Below are positions 12,040-23,859 of a stretch of DNA of 64,000 bases, one piece after another; position 1 is the stretch's first letter; each line of letters begins with the position of its first letter. The stretch is from Octopus sinensis. Its lineage: Eukaryota. A program made the translations under genes and the position numbers. The notes below the pieces were generated by a model. It did no database searches, was not told where the DNA came from, and worked only from the letters and a program-made list of their open reading frames with translations. The DNA lies in the NCBI RefSeq assembly GCF_006345805.1, contig NC_043014.1, positions 29,512,001 through 29,576,000 of the forward strand, given 5' to 3'.

Positions 12040-12700
12040 AAACTAACTTACAAAGGTAATACCGAGCTAGATACTGGCTTGCATAGCAAAACTGAGTCTA
12101 TTAGACATAATAAAAGAGATGGGTATGGACAACAAAGTGATGAATTATAGACGGTAGAATGTCACGTCATCAAAATGTAATTCAAGTGTAATATCATCGC
12201 GACAGTTTCCCTATGTTAAAATCTATTGTAAATGGGTAGCGGGTACAAAACAATGACAGGCTAGCAACCGACTAGTTTATTGTATATATACTAAAGATGG
12301 AAAGATAAGATGATATGAAAACAAGGGAAAATATTCAAAGAGGCTGCAGTTTAATACTATATATTCTGAGAATGGTGCTTTTAATAGGGTGATAAAAATA
12401 TAAAGAAAAACTACCGTGAGTAATTGAACCATAAAAAAGAAAGGTAAGATCGATATGCTAAAATAAAGGTACCAGATATAATTTATGATTATTTTCAGAG
12501 AGACTTAGATCACATGTAATTATACAAAATAAAAATATTAGTTATGTGAGAAATTATTAAACGAGCAGGAACAAGAAGTAGAAAACATAATGTAGATTCA
12601 AAAGTAATAAAGCTCAAATTAAAAAAAGAATAAGGATGCTATCCATAACATTATTTAATTCAATGAAGTTAGCTAATCGAAATTGTCTTATTGAATCGGT
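12040..12700 (+). mobile_element. Highly degraded LINE RT remnant
   Basis: Fragments SLLDIIKEMGMDNK and ENIQRGCSLILYIL (RQGCxLSP-like); many stops. Confidence 0.35.
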
Positions 12701-13011
12701 GGGAACACCGGATCAATAATTCATAACATTCAAAAATTAGATTAGAATCGCATTTAAGGATCTCTAGTGCCGCTATATAACAATTTGCAGGAACTGCGAT
12801 ATGGAATGATAAATATTTTTCGCTTTAAGATCCCAAACAAATTTAGCTGGTGAGGTGTTAAGTGCTCTACATTTATTCTTAACGGATTGAAGATGATTGT
12901 GGGGTAAGTCAGAATATAAATGCAGTAGCACCTTTAAGTAATTTACTTTATCTAATTTACGTACATGTGTGTGTTTGTGTGTTTGTGTGTGTGTGTGTGT
13001 GTGTCTGTAGC

Positions 13012-13046
<35 letters not shown>

Positions 13047-13051
<5 letters not shown>

Positions 13052-13188
13052 TTGTTCTTGTTGCTTGTTGGCATCCTTTTGTCTCGGGAAACAATGGAGT
13101 TGCGCACAAACTAATCCAGCCTGGTTTCACATTTCATGTCCTCTCCAGTTACCTCTCCAGTCTTTCGCAGGCCTGGGTTAGATGTAAG
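13047..13188 (-). mobile_element. RTE-derivative 3' end
   Basis: Nearly identical in reverse complement to 11444-11576. Confidence 0.75.
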
Positions 13189-13199
13189 TGTACCTTTAT

Positions 13200-14020
13200 A
13201 TACTAAATTATTTCTAAGGTATTACTTATTTGAAGACTACTTAGTAGGATCCATATAAATACGCTAGCTGGAGACATATTTAGTTGTTCCTTGCTCAATT
13301 TACTCGCATGTCCCATAACCGGTATCTCCACAGCTGGTTACTTGCATCGTTTCTTTTTCAAATGTGAATCCCGCCTTTGTTAGGAGTCTCTTGAGGTTAG
13401 GTGGTTGCCTTCGACTGTTGATAATTTGAGATGTTTTTTTAATTATTCGTTGGAGATTTGGTGATTGATATAGAATTGGGAGTACCGTTTGGTTGAGTGC
13501 AGAATGTTGTGGTTTATAGGATTGTGGGTAACTGCAAACGGAATATTTGTATTTTTATTTTTACACTTAGCCTGAGTTTTTCTCCGTATGGTAGAGATAG
13601 GGATTTCTTTTGCTTTTGTTATGGCATATTGAATTAACTTGTTGGGATATTTTTGTTTTTGAAGGAATATAAGTTCTTCCAGTCGTTTCTCTCGTCTAAC
13701 AGTATCTGTGACAATTGAGCATATACGCCTTGCTATATTAAACGGTATGTTCCTTTTTGTATGGGAAGTGTGGTAAGAGCTAAAATCTAAATATTGGCGT
13801 GTATCTGTGTTCTTGTAGTAGAGGTTAGTTGTAACCGTCTTATTTTCTTTAACTATCAGGATGTCCAGAAAGAGGAGTTTCTTTTCTTTCATTTCCGTAG
13901 TGAACTGGATTGAGACATCTATGCTATTTATTAATTTAAGAAATTTTTGTAATGTCCTCCTTATTTCGGTTCCAAAATATAAAGCAGTCATCAAAGAAGC
14001 TTTTAAATCCAATGTTTACA
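13200..14020 (-). mobile_element. Penelope-like element: RT C-terminus plus Zn-linker (pseudogenised)
   Basis: ORF 13443-14012: IQFTTEMKEKKLLFLDILI..YYKNTDTRQYLDFSSYHTSHTKRNIPFNIARRI; downstream IINSRRQPPNLKRLLTKA..SCGDTGYGTCE. Confidence 0.9.
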
Positions 14021-14106
14021 TGTTATTATTTATAGTTTTATGTGTCTGCTTCGAGACAGACCAAAACAAACAAGAAGAAAGAATTAGTTTATAAATATTT
14101 GTACAT

Positions 14107-14531
14107 AGGCGCAGGAGTGGCTGTGTGGTAAGTAGCTTGCTAACCAACCACATGGTTCCGGGTTCAATCCCACTGCGTGGCATCTTCGGCAAGTGTCTTC
14201 TGCTATAGCCCCGGGCTGACCAATGCCTTGTGAGTGGATTTGGTAGACGGAAACTGAAAGAAGCCTGTCGTATATATGTATATATATATATATATGTATG
14301 TCTGTGTATGTGTTTGTGTGTCTGTGTTTGTCCCCCTAGCATTGCTTGACAACCGATGCTGGTGTGTTTACGCCCCCGTTACTTAGCGGTTCGGCAAAAG
14401 AGACCGATAAAATAAGTACTGGGCTTACAAAGAATAAGTCCCGGGGTCGATTTGCTCGACTAAAGGTGGTGCTCCAGCATGGCCGCAGTCAAATGACTGA
14501 AACATCTAAAAGAGTAAATGAGTAAAGAGTA
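14107..14531 (+). mobile_element. SINE family B, full length, with internal (TA)n/(TG)n tract
   Basis: tRNA-like head with box B GGGTTCAATCCC, internal microsatellite, conserved 3' half ending GACTGAAACATCTAAAAGAGTA; near-identical to 44857-45270. Confidence 0.95.
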
Positions 14532-14532
14532 T

Positions 14533-14900
14533 AGGCGAAGGGGTGGCAATGTGGTACGAAGTTTTCCTTCCAATCACATGACTCCCATGTTCAGCCCCAT
14601 AGCGTGACACTTTGGGCTAGTGTCTGCAACTACAATTTCTGACCAACTAAAGCCTCGTGAGTGTTTTTGGTAGATGGAAACCGAAAGAAGCCTGTCAAAT
14701 ATATATAACATTGTGTCTGTGTTTGTCCCCAAACACTGCTTGACAACTGGTGTCGATGTTTTTTACGATCCGTAACTTAGCGGTTCGGCAATAGAATAAA
14801 TACTATGATTTTGAAAAGACGTAACTGAGTTCGATTTATTCGACTAAAATTCTTCAGAGCAGTGCTCCAGAATGGCCGCAGTACATTGATTGAAAGAAGT
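14533..14900 (+). mobile_element. SINE family B, older copy
   Basis: Collinear but diverged head, body and tail. Confidence 0.75.
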
Positions 14901-14904
14901 TTTA

Positions 14905-14923
14905 TAGATAGATAGATAGATAT

Positions 14924-15000
<77 letters not shown>
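14905..15000. repeat. (GATA)n microsatellite
   Basis: Direct reading. Confidence 0.97.
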
Positions 15001-15002
<2 letters not shown>

Positions 15003-15049
15003 TACACTCATACGCGCACACATACATATATGCATACACAGATACTTGT

Positions 15050-15420
15050 AAGTATATGTGTGGTAAGAAGCTAGCTTGCTAGCCACATGGTTCCGGGTTC
15101 GGTCCCACTGCGTCGCACCTTGGACAAGTTTCCTCTTCTACTATAGCCGCGTATAAATGTGTAAATATGTGTGTGTGTGTGTGTGTTTGTATATACATGT
15201 GTGTGTGTGTGTGTGTGTTGTGTGTGTGTGTGTGTGAGTGTGTGTGTGCGTGTCTTTGTGTCTGTTTGTCCTCCCACCATTGCTTAACAACCGACGTTGG
15301 TGTGTTTATATCCCCGTAACCGACCGGCTCGGCAAAAGTGACCGATAGAGTAATTACCAGGCTTTAAAAAAATGCACTGGGGTCGATACATTTGAATAAA
15401 ATTTTGATGCTGAGCCCAGA
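15050..15420 (+). mobile_element. SINE family B with expanded internal (TG)n
   Basis: CACATGGTTCCGGGTTCGGTCCCACTGCG head; CGGCAAAAGTGACCGATAGA tail. Confidence 0.8.
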
Positions 15421-15473
15421 TAAAGAAGATATATATATATATATATATTATATATGGTTATATTATAATATAT

Positions 15474-15537
<64 letters not shown>

Positions 15538-15954
15538 TATCTATATATATAATATATATGTGTCATATGACCACTTGGTCATTACACATGGTCATCCAAA
15601 TGGAATCATGTTTTTGCTGTTGACAGTAGACTGTATTTCAAATAGTGCTCAAATAGCATAACATGTTTAGACATTTGACACGGCAACTTTCCGCCCATAT
15701 ACTGCCTTTGTCTCTTAGACTATTTAATCAAAAGGAAAGAAGAAAAACCAACTGTATCAGGCGCGATTTGAACCCAGTAAGCTGGAGTGTGAAACAAATG
15801 CACACCACACGACACGCATACACGGAGACACACACAACTATATCTACGCAAGCACACAGCTATAGACCAAGGGATTATCGTCAATTGTTTTGGGATGATA
15901 GATAATGCAAAATAACCCCAACCAGGAAGAGTTGAAATAAACTAGTGAACAGTT

Positions 15955-16200
15955 AAAGAGAGATACAGAGAGAGACAGAGAGAGAGGCAGACAGTCATAG
16001 AGAAAGAGAGAAAAACAGAGAGCGAGAGGGGCAGAAAGACATAGAGAAAGACAGAAAGAGAGAGAGAGAGAGAGGCAGAGAAATAGTCAGAATAAAAAAG
16101 AGCCAGGGAGAGAGACAAGGAGGAAGTGGGGAGAAGGGAGAGAACAATAAAGAGGGAGGAAGGGAGACGCTAAGATAAGCAGAGGTAGGAAGGTAAAGAT
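15955..16200. repeat. GA-rich polypurine tract
   Basis: Direct reading. Confidence 0.9.
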
Positions 16201-16223
16201 ACACTTAGTAAAGCAGTCTTTAA

Positions 16224-16315
16224 GCAGACGACACGCTACCACGTGACCAACTGGAAAGAGCAGACGACACATCAGTTCAAGAACGCTCAGGAAAACATGG
16301 AGACAAAAGGTACGT
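16224..16315 (+). promoter_or_regulatory. Candidate core promoter / first coding exon (weak)
   Basis: GCAGACGACAC twice (16224, 16260), CACGTG, Inr-like TCAGTT (16272), AAAACATGG with ATG at 16297, donor-like AAG/GTACGT at 16310. Confidence 0.25.
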
Positions 16316-16731
16316 TTATCTCTCTGACACACATGCATACGGTAAGTTAATTTTTTTTTTGTTATATATCAAAGAAAATTTAGGAAAATAACGATTCAGA
16401 CAATATTATGTAGCTACTTGTTGACTAGAGTTACGCGGTATTTGTATCTAGTATGTGCATTTTATGTGTACGTTGTTTTGTATTACAGAAATATTGTTTA
16501 TATATATATATATTATGTGTATATATGTATTATATTGTATATTATGTATATATATTATATATATGTATAATATATATATATATGTATATATGTATATATA
16601 TGTATATATATGTATATATATGTATATATATATATGTATATATATGTATATATATGTATATATATGTATATATGTATATATATATAATATATATATATGT
16701 ATATATATATGTATATATATATGTATGTATG

Positions 16732-16763
<32 letters not shown>

Positions 16764-16944
16764 GTGTGTGTGTATTATATAATGTGCATATGTTATTATT
16801 ATATATACATTTATAAATATACTATGTTTATATGCGTATAGAGAACGATACATATATTTAAATGTATATATATATATATATGTGTGTGTGTATGTGTGTA
16901 CTTATGTATGTATGTATGTATGTATGTATGTATGTATGTATGAA

Positions 16945-17798
16945 TGTATATAATATAAAATCCGTTCTGTCTGTCTGTCTGTGTGTGTGTCTTCTAGGAT
17001 CTCGGGCATCCTCCATCCGATTGCGCTCAAATTTGATATGTAGATACCGCCGGTATCAAGGCAGATATAAGCCTTGAAAAAATTACAAAGATCGATTCCA
17101 GGTGAGAATATCGATCGATAAAGCCGTGGGAACGTGAATTTGTACGCGTAAGTACATCAGGAATGTGGTTTACAAGGATGCGCTACACTAGCCATTTCAT
17201 GCCCTCGAACATCCCGTAAAGTAAGTTTAAAATTAGTTTAAAATTAGTTAAAATTAGTTACTTAGTTCCCTAGATTGTTGTTTTTCATCAAAAATCGCCC
17301 CAAGTTGTTTTCCTACATGTTTTATCGGATAAACTTATTATTGTCCCAGGTACGTTCTCATAAATTCATCATGCTTTTCCATCTAGAGTTACCTTCAGCT
17401 AACCCATTTGCATGCATCGTTTTTGTCCTGCTTTTCTTCTGTCAACCTGTACATAATTGCACCTTCAATTTTTTGTTGTTTTTGTACTGCTTAAAATCAC
17501 GTTTCTTTCCTGCCAAGCTTACTGTTTAAACCATGTTTGTGTCCTCCTAGTCAACAGCCTTATCATTACTGGTACTTTAAACTCTTCGGTTGCATATTTG
17601 TGTGAATAAAATTGTTTTCCTTTGGAATAGAAAAAAAGCCTATCTTTATTTCTTCTTTTGGTGGTGTCTCAAATTTAGGTTAAATCAGTGTTTCTCAAAG
17701 GGTGGGGCTATGGGACGGTCGTACAAGTTGTTTTGAGAATATTTGGTTCAAATGTCTGACAACTCAACACCGTCCATTAGACGGGGGTGTTTTGCTCG
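16945..17798 (+). mobile_element. Non-autonomous Helitron, copy 1
   Basis: 5' TATATAATATAAAA..; 3' hairpin CCGTC catta GACGG then CTCG; first about 230 bp shared with copy 2. Confidence 0.7.
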
Positions 17799-18351
17799 TC
17801 TATTATATAAAACCCGTTCTGTCTGTCTGTGTCTGTGTCTTCTAGGATCTCGGGCATCCTCCATCCGATTGCGCTCAAATTTGATATGTAGATACCGACG
17901 GTATCAGGGCATGTATAAGTCTTGAGAAAATTATAAAAATCGATTCCAGGTGAGAATGCGATTGATAAAGCCGTGGGAACGTGCATTTGTACGCGCAAGT
18001 ACATCAGCTGTTGTGATCGATACTACGCGTACGCGAGAAAAATGCACGTGCAGTTTGCACAAAAAAAGCCGGTTGGCTTGAAATAATGCCATAATATGCA
18101 GTATATTTAAGAGTCCCAAAAAGTAAGGTGCAAAAGAGATCTTTTCTTCAAATTTGGCATGAAGGAAGGAAAGACTATTTGGTTTCTGAAGAAGTTTTTT
18201 TTTTTTTTGCCTTAACTTCATTTAACAAAACCAAAAATTTTATTGAAATAAAGGCATGCTTAATTATTTTTAAATGAAAACAAAACACTGATTGCTTTTT
18301 ATTCAGCAGATATGATTCAGCACCGTCCATTGGACGGGGTCGTTTTGCTCG
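17799..18351 (+). mobile_element. Non-autonomous Helitron, copy 2 (head-to-tail with copy 1)
   Basis: Starts TCTATTATATAAAA; ends CCGTCC att GGACGG..CTCG followed by T. Confidence 0.8.
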
Positions 18352-18386
18352 TATATATATATATGTATATATATATATATAGTATA

Positions 18387-18474
<88 letters not shown>

Positions 18475-18654
18475 GTTGTATGTAGTATGTATGTATGTAT
18501 GTATGTATGTATGTATGTATGTATATATGTATATAAACATACATATATATATATATGCGAGTATGTATTTGTATATATATATATATATGCATATAAATAT
18601 ATTTATATATATTTATCCATATATATATATGCATATAAATATATATTTATATGT

Positions 18655-19503
18655 AAGCTACGCAGACGATGCGAAAGTCTCGCAGAAAATACAGAACCCC
18701 AGCGATGTTGCACATCTGCAGCAGGAACTGTGCTCAATTTTCAGATGGGCTGAGGATGATAATATGCAGTTTAATGCTGAAAACGTACAAGCCCTGCGCT
18801 ACCAGCGTCCAAAACTGAATATAAAACTTACAGGGTCCACAGGTCCACAGCGAATTTCAGCCCTAGAGCCTAAATCAATGAGGGACCTGGGTATCGACAT
18901 GAATGATGATACTTCTTTTCAAGTGCACATTACCAGGATTGCGACAAAGTGCAAATGACTGGCTGGATGGATCCTGGGAACTTTCAGAACCAGAGATAAG
19001 GAATCCATGATAGTCTCCTGGAAGACATTCTTCTTCAGCCACATGGATTACTGCTCACAGCTATGGTCACCCAACAGTGTGAAATTAACAGCGGACCTTG
19101 AAGCAATCCAGAGAAGATTCACAAAGAAGATCGTCCATTTGCAACTGCTCAGCTACTAGGAAAGGCTGAAACAGCTAAGACTCTACACCCTGGTGAGAAG
19201 CGGGAGAGGTATGCAGTAATATATGTCTGGAAGATCCTGGAATGCCAAAATTTGGCATTGAAAGCTACACCAAAGCCAGAACGGGACGACACTGCATAGT
19301 GCCAAAGATCCCAGCAACGCCATCGCACTTCAGGACCTGTTACAGCAACAGCCTGGGTTTCAAGGGCCAATAGCTTTTTAATATTCTCCCAAAGAGCCTG
19401 AGGAACCTGCACAAAATAGATGTATTCTACTTTTTAAAATCAAAGCTGGACCTCTTCCTGTCGAGAGTCCCAGATGACCCTACCTCACGGCAAGAGGTGC
19501 AAA
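18655..19503 (+). mobile_element. CR1-group LINE RT fragment (YADD domain to thumb)
   Basis: [27 protein letters not shown]..; then GWILGTFRTR..DYCSQLWSP..EAIQRRFTKKI. Confidence 0.9.
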
Positions 19504-19504
19504 T

Positions 19505-19672
19505 GATTTAGATCTCATATAGAAGCAGCTGTTGAAGCTGAAGGTGACTTTATTGAATAACATTATGGAAAAGGTTTATTTTTATCCTCATAGCATTTTT
19601 TTATAAATAAAGTTATGTTATATATGTTCTTTTATAAACATAAATCTGTCCTCAAATATCTTACGCACCCTA
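19505..19672 (+). mobile_element. Tc1/mariner transposase C-terminus and right end
   Basis: FRSHIEAAVEAEGDFIE* then an AT-rich UTR and TIR-like TCTTACGCACCCT. Confidence 0.6.
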
Positions 19673-19769
19673 TGTAAGTTAATTTTTCCTTTCAATTCTT
19701 CCTATAAGGAAAACAATGATAAAGAGGTATAACTGTATTAATGAAATTTTAATTACAACAGCTGTAAGT

Positions 19770-20260
19770 TTTGTTGAACTTTAAGAAAGTCTTGCATATT
19801 TTTGCTGCTCCAGATTGTTTTTGAAAATGTCTGTTAGCTGGACATTTCTTTGCCTGGAAATATTAGTTTTTCTAGATTGTTACTTAGAGATTTAATAACA
19901 TTGCCAAATGCACCAATAATTATTGGCATAATTCTGAATTTATGTTTATGTTACAGAAGCAGTAGGTTTGAAGACAGTTGCCTATAAATATTCTTCTTCA
20001 AACTAATTATAGAAGAAATGTTCACATCTACATGATATTTCACATCTTTGACTACACATGATTTGTCTTTCTTGTCCCAAACAACTTTTTCAAGCATGTT
20101 ATATTTACACTTGGCAGAAACTTTGACTGGAATGTTTCGCTAATATTCTTCGTATTGATATGAGGGCAAGTGTTCAAATACAGGGACATTGTCTGAATTT
20201 TCCAAGCGCAGTCTTTCTTACGCACGGGATTGTATATTGTTTTAGTCATATCATGTATCA
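19770..20260 (-). mobile_element. Degraded REL-endonuclease LINE (same type as 6490)
   Basis: Manual translation: VVWDKKDKSCVV..DV..HVDVNIS..KFRIMPIIIGAFGNV..AKICKTFLKF. Confidence 0.6.
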
Positions 20261-21139
20261 ACTAGAGCTAGTATCTTGACGACATTTTTGGATGACTGCT
20301 GTAATGCTTTTCTTACAAAAGTGATATCATCGACATTTTTGGATACATTTTGAAATTTTAAGGGTTTCGCTACTGTTCATTAGTTATTTTGTGCCTTTCT
20401 TCTCTTATATTGCACAAGCATAATTTTAGAGATGTGTTGTGATATATACGGCCACAAAATGCATATGTTCAAGTAATATCTTTTCTTTTTAGCACGTTAT
20501 ATATTGAAGACAACTGTTCGAGTTTAATTTTCTATGTACATTAATTATCATGATGAAACATGATATACTGCATCTTCGTACAAGGCGGCAATTGATTTGG
20601 GGGATGATATAATAACTGATAAAATTCATCATAATGAGATTCAATTGAAATTAAGTGTTATATATCCCAATGAATACTTGGCTTTAAAACAATATAACAT
20701 ATTTTATTATGCATATGTGTGTATTTTAGTGTGTTTAATCTGTGTCTACTGGACAATGAATATTACATTGATGCATCTGGCTATATTTTTTTATGTGTAA
20801 AGTTCCGAAAGTACATCTTTGAAAGAAGTATGTCAATAAGCTATAAGTTGAAAGAACAGCTAACATTTCAGGTTCAAGAGAGCTTTGACAGATAGAATCC
20901 ATATCAAACTGAAACTGTTACAGACCATCACGACATCAGACCTAATGACTATTTTTATCTTAGCTTTTATTTTTTATTTCTGCAACTTTTGTTTATATAC
21001 ATCCCTCAATCAACAACGTAATCTTTCAGTTCAAAAACGGTGTTTTTAATTTGCAATAATTTTACCTTTTTAGAATTACACGAGTTCACTGTTGTATGTG
21101 GGGGTGTAAGTGTCTCTGTGTGTTGTGTTTTGTGCGTAT

Positions 21140-21186
<47 letters not shown>

Positions 21187-22311
21187 TGTGTGTGTGTGTG
21201 TGCATGTTTGCGCACGCGCGAATGTGATTTTATGTCAGTAAGCATGATGTCTTTTATATATTTAATTAACTATTCTCTCCGTTGGATCTGAAATAACCGA
21301 TAAGCACGATTGAGCCATGCAAGAAAACCCTGTACGTTTGTGTTTGTGAGTATTTACGCATGAATGTAAGTATGTGTGTGTATGTGTGTGTGCATGCATG
21401 TTTGTATGTATGTATTTATGCATGTATATATGTATGTATCTATGTATGTATCTATGTATGTATGTGTCTGTACGCACATACACCTACATATGCAGAAGCT
21501 GACTAATGAAAATGAGGACTGTTTTTAGTTGCCCTGTCGATGTAGTTATCATTGATATGAATGTAAAGTTGTGGGGTAATCATAGTTTTTACTAACTTGA
21601 AATTAGTCGTTCAAAGAATGGAAATACACCCAAGCTCTTTTTTCAGTCATTGACCAGTAAAACCTTGGTTGATGTAACCTAGATGGCTACATTTTTGTTA
21701 TATCTGTTTTTGTATGTATGTTGTGTTGTATTTGTGCATAATATCATGTATATATATGTACTTATGTGTGTGTATGTGTATGTGTGAGAGAGAGACAGGC
21801 AGACAGACAGAGAGACAGAGGCAGTACAGTAAGCATGAGAAGTTTGTGTCATGTGTAAAGGCTGTGTGTGTGTGTTTCTGAATTTCTCGATACCACTCTC
21901 TATTAATCTTTTCCTCTCACACTAACACACTCTGTTTCTCTCTCTCACAAACACGCTTTCTCTCTCACACACACACTCTCTATCTCTTTCTCTTTTATTA
22001 TATATGTGTATTAACAACATCATCAATGACATGCCCTCTCGTCTAGATTTGAAGTAGGCCTGGTGTAGAGTGGATATGTCACTAATGAGGTCACGAATGG
22101 CGATAAAGGGCTTTGACAAACAACTGATTGCTTAATTTTCTTTTTAAGTATGCGTTCGATTAGTTGGTTTCTTAAATAACTAACCGATTCACTAATAATA
22201 AAGAAGTGAAATATGAAGTAGTATGTGCATGTTTATATATAACAAAATTTGTTTCAACACATGAGTTCACTCAAAGAGTTTTGCAAACTGAATACTATAT
22301 ATATATATATA

Positions 22312-22438
22312 TCACCGTGATAGCATCACCGTGACCGACCAGGCTATCAAATGTTGCTACACATCGCTGGTCACAATGCGCTTCGCATTGTTTTAGCCTT
22401 CAAATGACGCCACCCCGCTGGCTAAGCGAGCAGGCTAA
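22312..22438 (-). mobile_element. Short interspersed repeat, probably a retroelement 3' end
   Basis: GC-rich 125-bp island between (TA)n runs (GCCTGCTCGCTTAGCCAGCGGGGTGGCGTCATTTGAAGG..); family assignment from recall only. Confidence 0.4.
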
Positions 22439-22447
22439 TTATATATA

Positions 22448-22510
<63 letters not shown>

Positions 22511-22560
22511 AAAGTTATTATTCATATATATATATTATATATGTAGTAAAGGTTATTATT

Positions 22561-22591
<31 letters not shown>

Positions 22592-22653
22592 ATATAATAG
22601 TCTTTACTATCTATCTATATATATATATCTTATATATATATATATATTATAAT

Positions 22654-23200
22654 ATAAAGGTTTTTTGCAACAAGTTGCTTAACCACATACCGAAAATATT
22701 AGAAATAGCAGCAAAAGACTACTATTTCCTTTTACTACAAAAATAAGTCTCCACAGACAACAATATTAGTAACTCACATATGGCAAAAAAGAAGAAAAAC
22801 AATGAAATCACACAGTCTTCGGATTAATTATGGACGTACGCTTCTGGATTAGAATCGTAAGGTTCATTTCCTTATCAACATAATATTTCCCATAAATCTA
22901 GAAATGCTAGGAAAACTTACCTTTTATATTTTCGATCAAGCGACATCGAAAGATATAAAGGCCAACCAGCATATCCACATTTATGTAAACAAGTGAATTC
23001 GTATTTCCTTCCAGAATGCTACCACGTGAGTCACAAAATAGTACTGCCGAAAAAAAGATTCGTTGTTTTGTCGTAGGGGAGTAAAATAGTCATTACAGAT
23101 ATAGGGTGAAATATAATTAATTTAATAAAATCAACAAATTTCACCTATTATATAATTATAATCATAATGGTTTTTTGCAACAAGTTGCTTAAACCTTTAT
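22654..23200. mobile_element. About 547-bp element bounded by quasi-palindromic 27-bp direct repeats and 10-bp terminal inverted repeats
   Basis: GGTTTTTTGCAACAAGTTGCTTAAACC at 22659-22685 and 23169-23195; outer ATAAAGGTTT / AAACCTTTAT; (TA)n flanks. Confidence 0.55.
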
Positions 23201-23859
23201 ATATATATATAAGGAAAATAAGACAAGGTAGAAAATGCTAAAATCATTTTATCATGAAGAACATTTTAGTACTGGTTCCAGTTTTTGCAACTTTTTCAAC
23301 TTAGAATAAAGCATGAAAAACAATTAAATTGTGGAAAAATTAAATGAAATGTTTTTAAAAAATATTTCCATAGTTTTCAAATGAAAGTGACATTTTCCTT
23401 TTTTCAGCCCGTCTCCGTCTCTCTTTTTTACTCTTGTGTAAAGAGTAAAAAGTGAGACAGACTGACAAAAAGAGAGTAAAAGTTATTTTATATATATATA
23501 TATATATTAATAGCTATTTCCCAACTTCAAAGAACTGTTACTGAACATCTCTCTTTGAGAGATGTAGAAGTAATAACATTTCTGTTAAATATATGTGTGC
23601 GTGTGCGTGTGTGTGTATGTGTATGTGTGTGTATGTGTGTGGGTGTTTCGTCTTGTTTGCTCTTGTCCTTAATTCCACGCAAGAAAACCCTTTTTCTCCT
23701 TTTTTTTTTGTTTCTGCGAGCACCGCCAATTGGGAAGCATCCAGTCTTATCTTTAAAGGTGCGAAACTGAAAAGTACCATTCGTCGATAAGTGATGAAGA
23801 ATTATGAACTTTCTGTTTGTCTCACGTTTATTTTTACATTCAGTATACGTTATGTCGTT

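Noticed and set aside
23266-23304. Minus-strand TTGAAAA-AGTT..AACT-GGAA-CCAGTA, hammerhead-like
   Set aside because: Several core positions are altered and helix I is weak; at most a decayed pLTR motif, unsupported from one copy
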